64,000 nt of DNA from Verrucomicrobiota bacterium (GCA_045046875.1 JASFYY010000118.1:1-64000); one strand, 5' to 3'. Counted from the first letter of the stretch, positions 20,896 to 31,073 are shown. A program made the numbers and translations. Notes: generated by a model from the sequence alone, not told the origin.

Positions 20896-23151
20896 ATGCA
20901 AAAAATCCTCATCACCTTGCTACTGGCCCTGAACCTCACCCCACTTCCAGCTCAGGAAGCTTCCCCCTCGGCCAAAGCCCGTGAGCTGATCAACGCTGGA
21001 GGGGGAGAAATCGCGCTTAACAAATCCGTTCCCGGAAAAATCAAAATCACCGGTGATCAAGCTTTTGCCCTGCTCAACGATGCCAACGCCAACATCATCG
21101 CCGCCGCCGGAGCCTCCGGCAAAGGCCGGGTGATCGCCTTCAGTCATGGCAGCTTTTTAGTTGGCGACCTGCTTGATCAAAAACCCGTTACAGACTTCAC
21201 ATCAAACGCTTTCCGCTGGGCAGGTCATTCCTCGAAACCTAAGATCGGCCTGCAAACTTCGATGAAAAAACTAGGCGAATCTTTACAAGAACAAGGATTC
21301 AAAGTCACCTTCATCCAAGACCAGCAACTCTCCCGCGCTTTGAAAAAATTGGATGTTTACGCCACCATTGGGCACAGCTTGAAAGACGACAAAGCGATCA
21401 AGGCCATTCAAGAGTTCGTTGCCAAAGGCGGCGGCCTGATCACCGCCACCACTCCTTGGGCATTTGGCAACAAATACCCGGACTATTCCACTTTCCCCGG
21501 CAATCAAATCATAGCCGCAAGCGGTCTGGTTTACCTGCCTAACGGCACGGCTGGCAAAGGCCCTATTATTATCAATCCCAGCACACCAGGAGGCAAAGCT
21601 ATCGCCGCAGCGCACCAACTCACCAAAAATCACAAAAACCTAAACCCCTCCGAACGCAGAGAACTGACCGCTCAAGTCGGCGAAGGCAAACACCTCACTG
21701 GATCCAGTTTGACCGAATTCCTACAAGCGCTCGACCAACTCGAACGGGAAACAGGCTTAGTGGTCCCTAGCAAAGAAAACCCCATCCAACCAGCCAGCAG
21801 TGGCAGCTCCCCCAATCTCGCTGAAACCATCATCCGTGTGCGCGACCACATCAATCAAAATGCCCCCGCCCGTTTCATCACCAAAATACCCGCCGCCGAT
21901 GACTACCCCGGGGCCATTGCCAAAAACACCAAACGCATCAGCCAAACCTTGACCATAGACGGAAAATACCGTGGCTGGCTTTCCGGTCGTGGTGCCGGCG
22001 CCTGGGCTGCCAAGGAAATGCGCGCCACCGGAATCTACGCGCCACCCGGCGAACTCATCAAAGTCACCTTCCCCGAACAACTGGTCAACAAAGGCTTCGA
22101 AGTGGTCATCGGCGCCTACGGCGGCAGCCTGCTCAACAAAGACAAATGGACCCGCTACCCACGTCTGCGCAATGAATTTGATATTGATAAAACCATCACC
22201 GCCGCCGCCAACGGACTCGGCGGACTGGTCACCATCCGCGTGCCGCGTGACGCGGACTACCCTGCATTCAAGATCACCATCGAAGGAGGTGTGCGTGCGC
22301 CCCTCTATGTGCACGGCAAAACCAAACTCAGTGACTGGAAACAAAGCATCCGCAAATACCCCGCACCATGGGCCGAACTCGTCTCCGACCGCATGATCAT
22401 CGCGCTGCCCTCCGAATACATCCGCAAACTCAACGACCCTGACAAGGTGATGGAAATCTGGAACGACATCATCAACACCGCTGCAGAACTGGTGGTCGTG
22501 GATCGCAAGGACTATCGCGCTGAACGCCTGGTATTCGAACGCCAACTCTCTGCCGGTTACATGCATTCAAGTTACCCGGTCGCCGCCCACCTTGATAAAA
22601 ATGCGGTGCAAGCCGTCGATGCCCGTGACCTGCGCAAAAACGGCAACTGGGGATTTTTTCATGAATACGGCCACAACCATCAACACGATCTCTGGGCTCT
22701 ACCCGGAACCGGGGAAACCACCTGCAACCTCTGGTCGGCTTACATTTACGAAAAGCTGATTGGCAAAAAAAACACCGACACCCATGGAGCCATAAAATCC
22801 GACAAGCGCAAAGAACGTCGTGAAGCTTATTTCAAGGGAGGTAGGAAATTTAATCCCGACTGGAGCATGTGGACCGCCCTGGACACTTACTTGATGATCC
22901 AGGAAGAATTCGGCTGGGAGCCCTTCAAAAAACTCTTCGACGAATACAACCATCTGCCTAAATCAGAGTGGCCAAAAACCCAACAGGAAAAAAACGATCA
23001 GTTTGTCATCCGTCTCTCCAAAGCCTGCGACAAAAACCTCACCCCCTTCTGGCAAGCCTGGAACCTACCACTCACAGATAAAGTCGCCGCAGCAACCGCC
23101 GACTTGCCAAAATGGGAAAACCATCCGGTGGAGAAATACGTCAAGCCTTAA
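20896..23151 (+). CDS. M60-family metallopeptidase, secreted
   Basis: ATGIYAPPGE, APWAEL, WGFFHEYGHNHQ...GETTCN (HExxH...E). Confidence 0.92.
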   Translation: MQKILITLLLALNLTPLPAQEASPSAKARELINAGGGEIALNKSVPGKIKITGDQAFALLNDANANIIAAAGASGKGRVIAFSHGSFLVGDLLDQKPVTDFTSNAFRWAGHSSKPKIGLQTSMKKLGESLQEQGFKVTFIQDQQLSRALKKLDVYATIGHSLKDDKAIKAIQEFVAKGGGLITATTPWAFGNKYPDYSTFPGNQIIAASGLVYLPNGTAGKGPIIINPSTPGGKAIAAAHQLTKNHKNLNPSERRELTAQVGEGKHLTGSSLTEFLQALDQLERETGLVVPSKENPIQPASSGSSPNLAETIIRVRDHINQNAPARFITKIPAADDYPGAIAKNTKRISQTLTIDGKYRGWLSGRGAGAWAAKEMRATGIYAPPGELIKVTFPEQLVNKGFEVVIGAYGGSLLNKDKWTRYPRLRNEFDIDKTITAAANGLGGLVTIRVPRDADYPAFKITIEGGVRAPLYVHGKTKLSDWKQSIRKYPAPWAELVSDRMIIALPSEYIRKLNDPDKVMEIWNDIINTAAELVVVDRKDYRAERLVFERQLSAGYMHSSYPVAAHLDKNAVQAVDARDLRKNGNWGFFHEYGHNHQHDLWALPGTGETTCNLWSAYIYEKLIGKKNTDTHGAIKSDKRKERREAYFKGGRKFNPDWSMWTALDTYLMIQEEFGWEPFKKLFDEYNHLPKSEWPKTQQEKNDQFVIRLSKACDKNLTPFWQAWNLPLTDKVAAATADLPKWENHPVEKYVKP

Positions 23152-23317
23152 CCAAGAGGCCGACATCATTTTAAACCACCCTTTTGGGCTCCATAAAGGA
23201 CTACTAAAAAATCGAACACCTGCGCCCTTCGGCTTGTCTGACACCTTAGTCATCCATTGTTGAACCCTTGTGCAAAATCGCCATGGAACACTGGACTCAA
23301 TCCACTGCTCTGCCTGC

Positions 23318-24832
23318 ATGCCCTTACATCCTTTTATCATCTCTGCGCAAAAAATCGCTGCATGGCTGTGCCTGCTCACGCTCTTGCTCGGGTCAGCCCC
23401 CTCTCTCTCTGCGATTGAAAAAAACACCCTCTCCGCAATGGAACTGATGCGTGACGAATGCCTGCGCTGTCACAAAAAAGAGAAAAAAAAGGGTGGCCTG
23501 CTGCTCACCTCCCGCCAAGCTCTACTCGATGGCGGAGATACCGGCCCGGCCATCGTGCCTGGCAAAGCTGTCGACAGCTTCCTGCTCGAAGGCTTGGAGG
23601 CCGAGGCCGATCCCCACATGCCTCCCAAAAAACAACTCAGCAAAAAGGAGATCGAAATGCTCTCACTTTGGATCAACCAAGGCGCTGCCTGGGATGCCAA
23701 AACCCTCGCCAAAATAAAAGCCCCACCTGCACCCAATGCCAAGGACCTCGCCGCATTGCCCTCATCCTACCGTCCTGTGCTCACCATGGCCTTGTCACCA
23801 AATGCCAAAACCCTCGCCACCGGTCAGGGCGGAGATATTGTGTTGTTTGACTTCCTCCAGGCAGATGCCAAGCAAAAAACCAAAACACGGCTGCAAAAAA
23901 AGAGCACCCTGCCCGCCCACAAAGATGCCGTGCAATCGCTGATATGGTCGCCCGATGGCAAAAAACTCGCTTCGGGAGCTCATCGGGAGATTCGCATCTG
24001 GCAACCCGGTCAGGACAAAGCGCTGTTCACTCTCAATGACAAACTGAACGGACGCATCACCGTTCTAACCATCACTCACGACAACAAAACCCTGCTGGCC
24101 GCCGATTCCATTCCATCGGTGAATGCTGACATCCACATCATCGATCTGGCATCAGGCAAAATACTGCGCACCATCAACAAAGCACATGCCGACACCATTT
24201 TCAGCATCAGCCTCAGCCCCGACAAAAAACATTTTGCCACCGTGTCCGCTGACAAGCTGATCAAAATCTGGGATCTCTCAACTTGGAAAACAGTTGCCAC
24301 CCTTGAGGGCCACACCGGATTTGTACTGGCCGCCGCTTACAGCCCCAAAGGGGATCGCCTCGCCACCAGTGGCGACGATGAAGTGATCAAAGTCTGGGAC
24401 ATCAAAAGCAAAAAACAGTTACAATCTTTCGGCTCCAAGCTCGCCGGCCCCATCACCGGTTTACGCTGGATTTCAGATCCTGAAAAAGTGAAAAAGAAAG
24501 CCGCGGAAAAAGACAAAAAGAAAGCGGCCAAGATCAATACCGATAAAATTTTTGCCATCAGCGAAGATGGCCGTCCCCGAACCTACGGAGACCTCGTCCT
24601 GCACGACGGTGCCCAACGCTCCACCGGGGCCCGGGAAAAAGCCTATACGGCGCAAAAAGAATCGCTGGCCACCCTGGCCGTCGCCACATCAAAAGACAGG
24701 AAAGCCCCGTTCCCCTTCCTCTTCGCCGGCTCCGACAGTGGATCACTCTTCATCTGGGACGCCGCAGGCAAGCTGGTTTTCCAACAGCATCCCAATGATC
24801 AGGTTGCCGATTCCACCGCGGGGGAAAAATAA
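23318..24832 (+). CDS. Planctomycete cytochrome c domain + WD40 repeat protein
   Basis: CLRCH...KGGL.L...MPPK, then GH...WD repeats; start uncertain (23270 or 23318). Confidence 0.85.
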   Translation: MPLHPFIISAQKIAAWLCLLTLLLGSAPSLSAIEKNTLSAMELMRDECLRCHKKEKKKGGLLLTSRQALLDGGDTGPAIVPGKAVDSFLLEGLEAEADPHMPPKKQLSKKEIEMLSLWINQGAAWDAKTLAKIKAPPAPNAKDLAALPSSYRPVLTMALSPNAKTLATGQGGDIVLFDFLQADAKQKTKTRLQKKSTLPAHKDAVQSLIWSPDGKKLASGAHREIRIWQPGQDKALFTLNDKLNGRITVLTITHDNKTLLAADSIPSVNADIHIIDLASGKILRTINKAHADTIFSISLSPDKKHFATVSADKLIKIWDLSTWKTVATLEGHTGFVLAAAYSPKGDRLATSGDDEVIKVWDIKSKKQLQSFGSKLAGPITGLRWISDPEKVKKKAAEKDKKKAAKINTDKIFAISEDGRPRTYGDLVLHDGAQRSTGAREKAYTAQKESLATLAVATSKDRKAPFPFLFAGSDSGSLFIWDAAGKLVFQQHPNDQVADSTAGEK

Positions 24833-24878
24833 AAGCTGCTGAGAAATAAGCTTTTTCCTCTTGTCGAATGAAAGCAGG

Positions 24879-24906
24879 TTGATCAAAAGCCGGAAAGTGC
24901 TACTCT
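24879..24906 (+). promoter_or_regulatory. Possible sigma70 promoter of tRNA-Val
   Basis: TTGATC-16 nt-TACTCT about 65 nt upstream of the tRNA. Confidence 0.35.
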
Positions 24907-24969
24907 TGCGTCTTCCCCGCCGAAAAAGCTCACAGATCATCAATCCAAGAGCCTGAATGTCTGGCAAAA

Positions 24970-25044
24970 GCGCGATTAGCTCAGGGGTAGAGCACCTGCT
25001 TCACACGCAGGGGGTCGCAGGTTCAAATCCTGCATCGCGCACCA
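24970..25044 (+). tRNA. tRNA-Val (anticodon CAC)
   Basis: Cloverleaf: acceptor gcgcgat/atcgcgc, anticodon arm cctgc-ttCACac-gcagg, T-loop ttcaaat, encoded CCA. Confidence 0.97.
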
Positions 25045-25153
25045 GCCTTCGCTTCGAATGACAAATTCGAAAGAAAGACTGCCGCGCCGTAGCCTACAAG
25101 GCGAAGGCGGGCGATTTTAGGGCCTACGTAAGTCTGAAGCTACGGCTCGGCAG
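25045..25153 (+). repeat. Structured inverted-repeat element directly downstream of tRNA
   Basis: ctgccgcgccgtagc (25079-25093) pairs with gctacggctcggcag (25139-25153) at 14/15; also a ttcgaat/attcgaa hairpin. Confidence 0.7.
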
Positions 25154-25395
25154 GCAGGCTCTCCTCCAAAGATTGAGGACAAGAGTATTTTTTTAGTTTG
25201 TGTTGTGTTTAGGTTATCCTTTGCCACCCGAGTTTGTTGCGCAAATCGCCTATTTTTGTAACAAATATATACGAATGGGATATCTATTCGCAACACGCGT
25301 GAATGAGCGCAATTAAAAGGCTTCCATTTTCGCAACAATTCCGACACACTCATCCATGTGATAGCTCCGGTCACATCCCTCTAACGCCCTGCTAC

Positions 25396-26538
25396 ATGTT
25401 CCATAAACCCATCCAAGCCCTACCTTTCTTTTGCCTCCTTTGGCTACTACTGCCTTTGCTCACAGCCCCCGTCTCATCTTCTGCCCAGGGCAATAAAGAC
25501 GCCTGGCTCAAAAAAATGGCTCCATTGATGAAGCCCACCCCCTTCACCAAAAGCTCCCTGGGCACGGTTCAGGGACAAATGATCAAAGTGATTTCTGTGA
25601 TAGGGAAATCGGATCGCACCCAGGGCCCCAAACCTAATGAGCTCATCACCCGAGCCTGTGAAACCCACCAATCCCATGGCCCCATTCGTACGATGATCAC
25701 CGCCAATATCGTTGAGCAAGCTTACGAAGAAGCTTTGTTCCTAGGCCTGTTTGACAAAAAAGGAAATTTTAAAAATGTCATCCAGAATGGCCCTTATACC
25801 GGTGAAAGAGTTAAATTTGAATACATCGTACCGGCTGAAAAAGCCCCTGAGTTTTCCCAGGACATTGCCAATCTACGCTTGGTAAGGATCGGGCAAAAAC
25901 AGCAAGACAACAGCTTTGCCGATCGTGAAAAAATCCACCTGCTAAAACTACAAAAAATAAAACAAGAAACCCGCAGCCGCCAGGTTTTACACGAAAGCGA
26001 AAGCGGCCACCTACTCGACACCTCTATTTCCACTCCCGACAAAGGCCCGCATTACGAAAAGTGGGAAGCTGCCATGGAAGTGGCCGAAGAAGTAAAAAAT
26101 GAACCGCCCCGGATCAAATTAGTGGCTCGTAAACAATCCAGCGCTAGTCGCAACAACGGTGAAAAACTAGCCATTTGGGTTAAAGTCGAAAATCTCAGCA
26201 AAGCTCCAACCATGGTCACAGTGCATTGTTTCATGCTGGGCAGAACCGAACGCGAGCGTGTGCTGTTCAACATCGGCCACGGCAAAAAAGAAGTCGTTCT
26301 TCTAGCCGGCGACACCCAACAGATGCTGCTTTACTCCCGTTCCTTTCCCAGTATGAAAAACCACGTGGCTGATTTGGATAAATTGAAAAAAAAGGAACGC
26401 GGCAAAGCCAAATTTTTTGTCCGCGGATGGGTCGTCAGAGTCGAACACAATGGCAAGGTGGTGGCCACTGGCGCTTCCATGTCCTCCCTGCTCCCCTACG
26501 CTGACGAAAACTACCGAGGACTCAACGGCCTGCCTTGA
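25396..26538 (+). CDS. Hypothetical secreted protein
   Basis: Long ORF with signal peptide; start chosen at ATG 25396. Confidence 0.75.
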   Translation: MFHKPIQALPFFCLLWLLLPLLTAPVSSSAQGNKDAWLKKMAPLMKPTPFTKSSLGTVQGQMIKVISVIGKSDRTQGPKPNELITRACETHQSHGPIRTMITANIVEQAYEEALFLGLFDKKGNFKNVIQNGPYTGERVKFEYIVPAEKAPEFSQDIANLRLVRIGQKQQDNSFADREKIHLLKLQKIKQETRSRQVLHESESGHLLDTSISTPDKGPHYEKWEAAMEVAEEVKNEPPRIKLVARKQSSASRNNGEKLAIWVKVENLSKAPTMVTVHCFMLGRTERERVLFNIGHGKKEVVLLAGDTQQMLLYSRSFPSMKNHVADLDKLKKKERGKAKFFVRGWVVRVEHNGKVVATGASMSSLLPYADENYRGLNGLP

Positions 26539-26577
26539 CCTCCCTCACCTTCACCCCAAAAAAACGCTACAAAGGGG

Positions 26578-27732
26578 TCACCGTTTTTTGCGTCCCTTAT
26601 CAGCTTTCTGAGGCACCGCTGCAGGGGTAAGCTTCATACTCAGCTTTTCTATCCCACGCAATACTTCCAAATTCAAACTCCTTCCCACACTGGCCACATA
26701 AAAAACATCCACCAAATCATTCAAATCGGCGACCCGCCTATTCCCCACCCGCAAAATAACATCCCCCGAACGAAGCCCGCATTGCTCAGCAGGAGAATTT
26801 TCTCTCACAGTCATCACTTGCGGCGTGGTTGACTGCAAATGAAACGAAGCCCCGATCCAGGCCCGTGAACTGCGACCGATTCGCCGTTGATCGCGCAGCA
26901 GTTTTTCCAAAACCGCTGACGGCAACGCATGATGCTCTGAAGCTTCTTTCAAAGCACGCCCGGTCAAAATCCCCAACACCCCTCCCGCTTCATCCAACAA
27001 AGGGCTACCCGCCGCACCACGCAACAGATGCATGTTCACTCGATAAAATGAAGTAGGCAGCTCCAAGCCTTGATAAATGCTATCGCGTCCTGCCAGGCGA
27101 CCCGCCACACAAACATCAGCCTCGCCTGTGCCAGGCCGGTTAATACTGAAAACCAGACTCCCTGAATCCACTTGATCACCAGTGGGGCGCAGGGACAAGG
27201 CCGCCGGTGAAGACAAACTGCCCTCCGCAGTTTTCACCAAACACAACCGCGTCCGCACATCTATCGCTAATACAGTTCCAGCCTGCTCCCGTCCATTGCC
27301 ACGCAATAGCAATCCATCTTCCTTAGTGACCCCGTCGGGGATCACAGTTGCATAAATACCTTCATTGGTTGCCTTGAACCCCATGGAATAAATTCTAGAG
27401 TTCGCCCCACCCCAGAACACCTCGACCAAAGCTGGCTCGATACGCTCATACAAATCCCGCGCAGATACTCCGAATCGTATAGACTCATCTGCCTGACTGC
27501 CAAAAGCCCGGGCATTTTGGACCGGCGCAACAACCGTGTCCGGTGGCCCTGACTCCGTATCCTGGGCAAGCACTTGATTCTGCCAAAGACCGCAGATCGC
27601 ACCGCTTAACAAGGTGGCAAAAACCAGCTGAGACCAATGAACCCTCTGCCAGCATTCACGCTGAATCGAGCGAGCCGGAAACCATTTCCACCCACTACTT
27701 ACTCGCTCAGAATGAGTTAACTCAGAATTCAC
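26578..27732 (-). CDS. HtrA/S1C-like protease-fold + PDZ protein, catalytic residues apparently absent
   Basis: Trypsin-like layout ending GAAGSPLLD..G.V.GI; PDZ motif SPAEQCGLRSGDVI; start uncertain. Confidence 0.8.
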   Translation of the reverse strand: MNSELTHSERVSSGWKWFPARSIQRECWQRVHWSQLVFATLLSGAICGLWQNQVLAQDTESGPPDTVVAPVQNARAFGSQADESIRFGVSARDLYERIEPALVEVFWGGANSRIYSMGFKATNEGIYATVIPDGVTKEDGLLLRGNGREQAGTVLAIDVRTRLCLVKTAEGSLSSPAALSLRPTGDQVDSGSLVFSINRPGTGEADVCVAGRLAGRDSIYQGLELPTSFYRVNMHLLRGAAGSPLLDEAGGVLGILTGRALKEASEHHALPSAVLEKLLRDQRRIGRSSRAWIGASFHLQSTTPQVMTVRENSPAEQCGLRSGDVILRVGNRRVADLNDLVDVFYVASVGRSLNLEVLRGIEKLSMKLTPAAVPQKADKGRKKR

Positions 27733-28165
27733 GCAAAAAAGATTTAATCCCAGCCGGGACGATACTTTCATTCGCGGGCTTTTGATCACCCAATACCGGC
27801 ACAGTCGACTGATTGGCGGAGTCACCAATTTCATATAGAACGGTAGAAGATTGATCCAAGCCCGATCCGTTTTTTGCCTGTAAATCATCATCACCCGCAC
27901 GAAAAAAGAGGCCGATCATCACTGCGGCATAAGCCGCTCCCGCCAAATAAACCCGCTTGCGGCTGCCCACTCCCCAGAACCAGGTCTCCACGCGGTCCCA
28001 AAATAAACTCCATGCCGAACGCTGCATGATCTCAACCCGCTGGCGATCGTGCAAATCATCCAGAAAGCGCTCATAAAACCCTTCAGGCGGGTGTTCATAA
28101 CGCTTCAAATGGAGCAATTTCTCCAAATCTTCGTATTGTTTGTCTTGTTCCTCGTCTGACTTCAT
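27722..28165 (-). CDS. Putative anti-sigma factor (single TM)
   Basis: LL.LKRYE.PPEGFYE.FL..LH.RQR plus one TM segment; directly downstream of ECF sigma. Confidence 0.65.
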   Translation of the reverse strand: MKSDEEQDKQYEDLEKLLHLKRYEHPPEGFYERFLDDLHDRQRVEIMQRSAWSLFWDRVETWFWGVGSRKRVYLAGAAYAAVMIGLFFRAGDDDLQAKNGSGLDQSSTVLYEIGDSANQSTVPVLGDQKPANESIVPAGIKSFLREF

Positions 28166-28260
28166 AACCGGGATAAGTAGTCGTTGTTGTTCTCATGCGA
28201 GCCTGCCAGCCCACCTCAAATGAAATTTTCCATATAAAAATAAACAGAATAAATCGATCT

Positions 28261-28866
28261 CTATTTTCTAAATTCTTCTAAATAATTTTGCAATTGACGG
28301 TGGGCATAAAACAACCGGGATCTCACAGTGCCCTCTGATACTCCCAGAATTTTACTTATTTCCGCATGCGGCATCCCCTGTATATCAAACATGGTCACCA
28401 CTGCTCTATGGTCATTCGACAGCTCTTGCAAGGCTACGTTCAATCTTTGCTGCAGTTCAGAAATGTTCACCTCCCTCACCGGATCGCTTTTTGAAGTCGC
28501 CTCAATGAAATCAGGATCACGCTCGATCGCCATATCGACGTCATCAAGACTCATCGCCCGCCTTCTCCCCCGTTTTTTCAAAAAATTCAAGGTCATGTTC
28601 ACCGAGATCGAGTAGATCCAGGTGTAAAAGGTGGATTTCTCCTGAAAACGCTTCAACGACCGGTAAGCCTTGGCAAACACATCCTGCAACACATCATTGG
28701 TATCCTCGTGGTTGGAGGTCATGTGATACACCAAACCATACAAACGCGGGGTGTACTTCACCACCAATTCATCGAAGGCATGAGTATCCCCATCGCGCGC
28801 GCGCGCCACCAAACCCTTGTCCTCGTCCGGCTTGCGTTTTTTCTGGGGGATTTTTTTCGATTTCAT
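28261..28866 (-). CDS. ECF sigma-70 factor (RpoE-like)
   Basis: AFDELV, D..QDVF.KAY..L..F...STFYTWIY.I..N, GTVRSRLFYA. Confidence 0.93.
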   Translation of the reverse strand: MKSKKIPQKKRKPDEDKGLVARARDGDTHAFDELVVKYTPRLYGLVYHMTSNHEDTNDVLQDVFAKAYRSLKRFQEKSTFYTWIYSISVNMTLNFLKKRGRRRAMSLDDVDMAIERDPDFIEATSKSDPVREVNISELQQRLNVALQELSNDHRAVVTMFDIQGMPHAEISKILGVSEGTVRSRLFYAHRQLQNYLEEFRK

Positions 28867-28940
28867 TCAGACAGTCACCCTCGTATCACCAAAGTGAACA
28901 GGCATCGCAAACAACACTCAAGTCAGCAAAAACTCAATAC

Positions 28941-29306
28941 TTAATAATCTCCCACGCAAATCTTCACCGAAACATAATCCGTATCGGTCAAAATAAATTT
29001 TTTCACCTCCACTTCAACCCTGGCCACCCGCTCAAATTTTAAAGCCGCCTGAGCGATTTCCTCGGCCAAAGTCTCGATCAAACGACGACTGCCCGTCTGT
29101 GCTACCTGATGAATCCGCTGACTGACTTGATAATAATCAATCGTAGCGTCTATATCATCCGCCAGAGCCTGCAGCGATTCTTGCGGATGGATAACCAGAT
29201 CCACCTGCAAGTCCTGGGCATTCTCCCGCTCTTCATCGGGCACCCCTACCCGCGACTGAATCCGCAGCCCTTTAATTTCAATCTGATCCCGGTGTTTCAT
29301 ATTCAA
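28941..29306 (-). CDS. folB: Dihydroneopterin aldolase
   Basis: GVPDEER...Q, DDIDATIDY, LIETLAEEIA, VKK. Confidence 0.92.
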   Translation of the reverse strand: MNMKHRDQIEIKGLRIQSRVGVPDEERENAQDLQVDLVIHPQESLQALADDIDATIDYYQVSQRIHQVAQTGSRRLIETLAEEIAQAALKFERVARVEVEVKKFILTDTDYVSVKICVGDY

Positions 29307-29327
29307 GCGTTCATCCCCAGCGCAGCC

Positions 29328-29699
29328 CTAACCTATACGGAAATCAATATCCTTGATCTGATCACGCCCGAAGCGCTCCTGCATCTTAGCCAAAATCGCA
29401 CCTTTCATCTGCTGAGCCAGCACATAGTGAATGGAGGGCTGCAAAACCTGCACAATCAAAACCTTGCGTCGCACCTCAAGCGGTTGGGCATTATTAGCAA
29501 TGTTACTGCCGACCACTTCCGCCCAGGCGTTGAGCATTTCTTCCTGGTCACAACGCTTATCCAAGCCCAAGCCCTGCAAAGCCGACTCCATCACATCGCC
29601 CACCGGACGACTGAATTTCGATAGATCCTCCGGCTCCCACACGCCTCGCCACGCCGCCAGCAAGTGATCCTTCTTTGAACGTATCCGTCGTCTGCTCAT
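29328..29699 (-). CDS. dciA: DUF721 / DciA family protein
   Basis: AWAEVVG..IA..AQP......L.V.V...IKDIDFR pattern. Confidence 0.8.
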   Translation of the reverse strand: MSRRRIRSKKDHLLAAWRGVWEPEDLSKFSRPVGDVMESALQGLGLDKRCDQEEMLNAWAEVVGSNIANNAQPLEVRRKVLIVQVLQPSIHYVLAQQMKGAILAKMQERFGRDQIKDIDFRIG

Positions 29700-29756
29700 A
29701 TCTGCCGCTGCGAGCCGGTCTCACAGACCTCCCTATTAATACCCGAAATTAGACAT

Positions 29757-29791
29757 AAAAAAACCGCACCAGTCAAACTCGTGCGGTTTTT
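29757..29791 (-). terminator. Intrinsic terminator after ferredoxin (possibly bidirectional)
   Basis: aaaaaccgcac-loop-gtgcggttttt. Confidence 0.7.
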
Positions 29792-29819
29792 AAAATTGTT
29801 GTTAAATCCGTTTTTAGAA

Positions 29820-30056
29820 TCAATCAGCACCATTCTCGCCAATCGCTTCAACCGGACAGCCTTCCATGGCTTCTTCACACAAGGCTCGCTCCTCGTCATT
29901 CTCAGGTTGTTTATAAACGTATGAATACCCTCCGTCTTCATTACGTGTAAAGTTATCAGACGCAGTCTCACGACACAAGTCACAATCGATGCATTGGTCG
30001 TCTACATAAAACGCCCCGTCTACGTTATCAGAATATTTGTCTTCTACTTCAGCCAT
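29820..30056 (-). CDS. 4Fe-4S ferredoxin
   Basis: CIDCDLC...CPVEAI, acidic, 78 aa. Confidence 0.95.
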   Translation of the reverse strand: MAEVEDKYSDNVDGAFYVDDQCIDCDLCRETASDNFTRNEDGGYSYVYKQPENDEERALCEEAMEGCPVEAIGENGAD

Positions 30057-30243
30057 GTCAGGTCAGTTTAAATTTCGTTGGATAATAGCGGCATTCCAAA
30101 CGCTTGCAACGCCTTTTTATCCATAATGTTTTTTTCCTCGTATATTTTAATGGCAAGAAGCCCCTGAACGGTTCACTTTACAGCAATGGGGTTTACAGAA
30201 ACCCCGCCATTTTTATTTTTGACCCTGCTGCCAAATACAACCT

Positions 30244-31035
30244 ATGTCATCACCACTCCAGATCGCCGACCGTAGCTTTCAATCCCGCCTATTGTTAGGA
30301 ACCGGTAAATTTTCCTCCAATGAAGCCATGCGCGACAGCCTCGCCGCCTCCGGAACGGAAATCGTGACCGTCGCTCTGCGCCGTGCCGACCTTTCCGAAA
30401 AAGGCGATGACCCCTTCGCCAACATCCTCGACTTCGTTGACTCTGAAAAGTACCTCCTGCTGCCCAATACCTCTGGAGCCGCCACCGCCGATGAAGCCGT
30501 GCGCCTCGCCCGCCTCGCTGTCGCCGCCGGCCTGCCCAAATGGATCAAACTCGAAATCCACCCCGACCCCACCTACCTGCTGCCCGACCCCATCGAAACC
30601 CTCGCCGCCGCAGAGATCCTGGTGAAAGAAGGTTTCACGGTGCTGCCCTACATCAATGCCGACCCTGTGCTGGCCAAACGCCTACAGGACGTCGGCACCG
30701 CAACCGTCATGCCCCTGGGCTCCCCAATCGGCTCCAACCAAGGACTCGAAACCCGCCGCCAACTGGAAATCATCATCGAACAAGCCACCGTGCCCGTCGT
30801 GATTGACGCCGGCCTGGGCGCCCCCTCGCACGCCGCCGCCGCAATGGAATTAGGCGCCGACGCCGTGCTCGTCAATACCGCCATCGCCATCTCACCCCAA
30901 CCCTGCGAAACCGCCCGCGCCTTCAAACTCGCCACCGAAGCCGGTCGCATCGCCTGGGAAACCGGCCTACCCGAAAGCCAACACACCGCCACCCCCACCA
31001 GCCCCCTCACCTCATTCCTCTACAAAAAATCATAA
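30244..31035 (+). CDS. thiG: Thiazole synthase
   Basis: [40 protein letters not shown]. Confidence 0.96.
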   Translation: MSSPLQIADRSFQSRLLLGTGKFSSNEAMRDSLAASGTEIVTVALRRADLSEKGDDPFANILDFVDSEKYLLLPNTSGAATADEAVRLARLAVAAGLPKWIKLEIHPDPTYLLPDPIETLAAAEILVKEGFTVLPYINADPVLAKRLQDVGTATVMPLGSPIGSNQGLETRRQLEIIIEQATVPVVIDAGLGAPSHAAAAMELGADAVLVNTAIAISPQPCETARAFKLATEAGRIAWETGLPESQHTATPTSPLTSFLYKKS

Positions 31036-31073
31036 CCCTTCCCGCTTCTAACTTCACACTTCAAACGCCCTCC

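Noticed and set aside
24970..26538. Genomic island integrated at tRNA-Val
   Set aside because: No integrase, and no second copy of the tRNA 3' end was noticed in the window.
30060..30243. TPP riboswitch upstream of thiG
   Set aside because: The conserved CUGAGA and CCUGAU-type aptamer motifs were not found.
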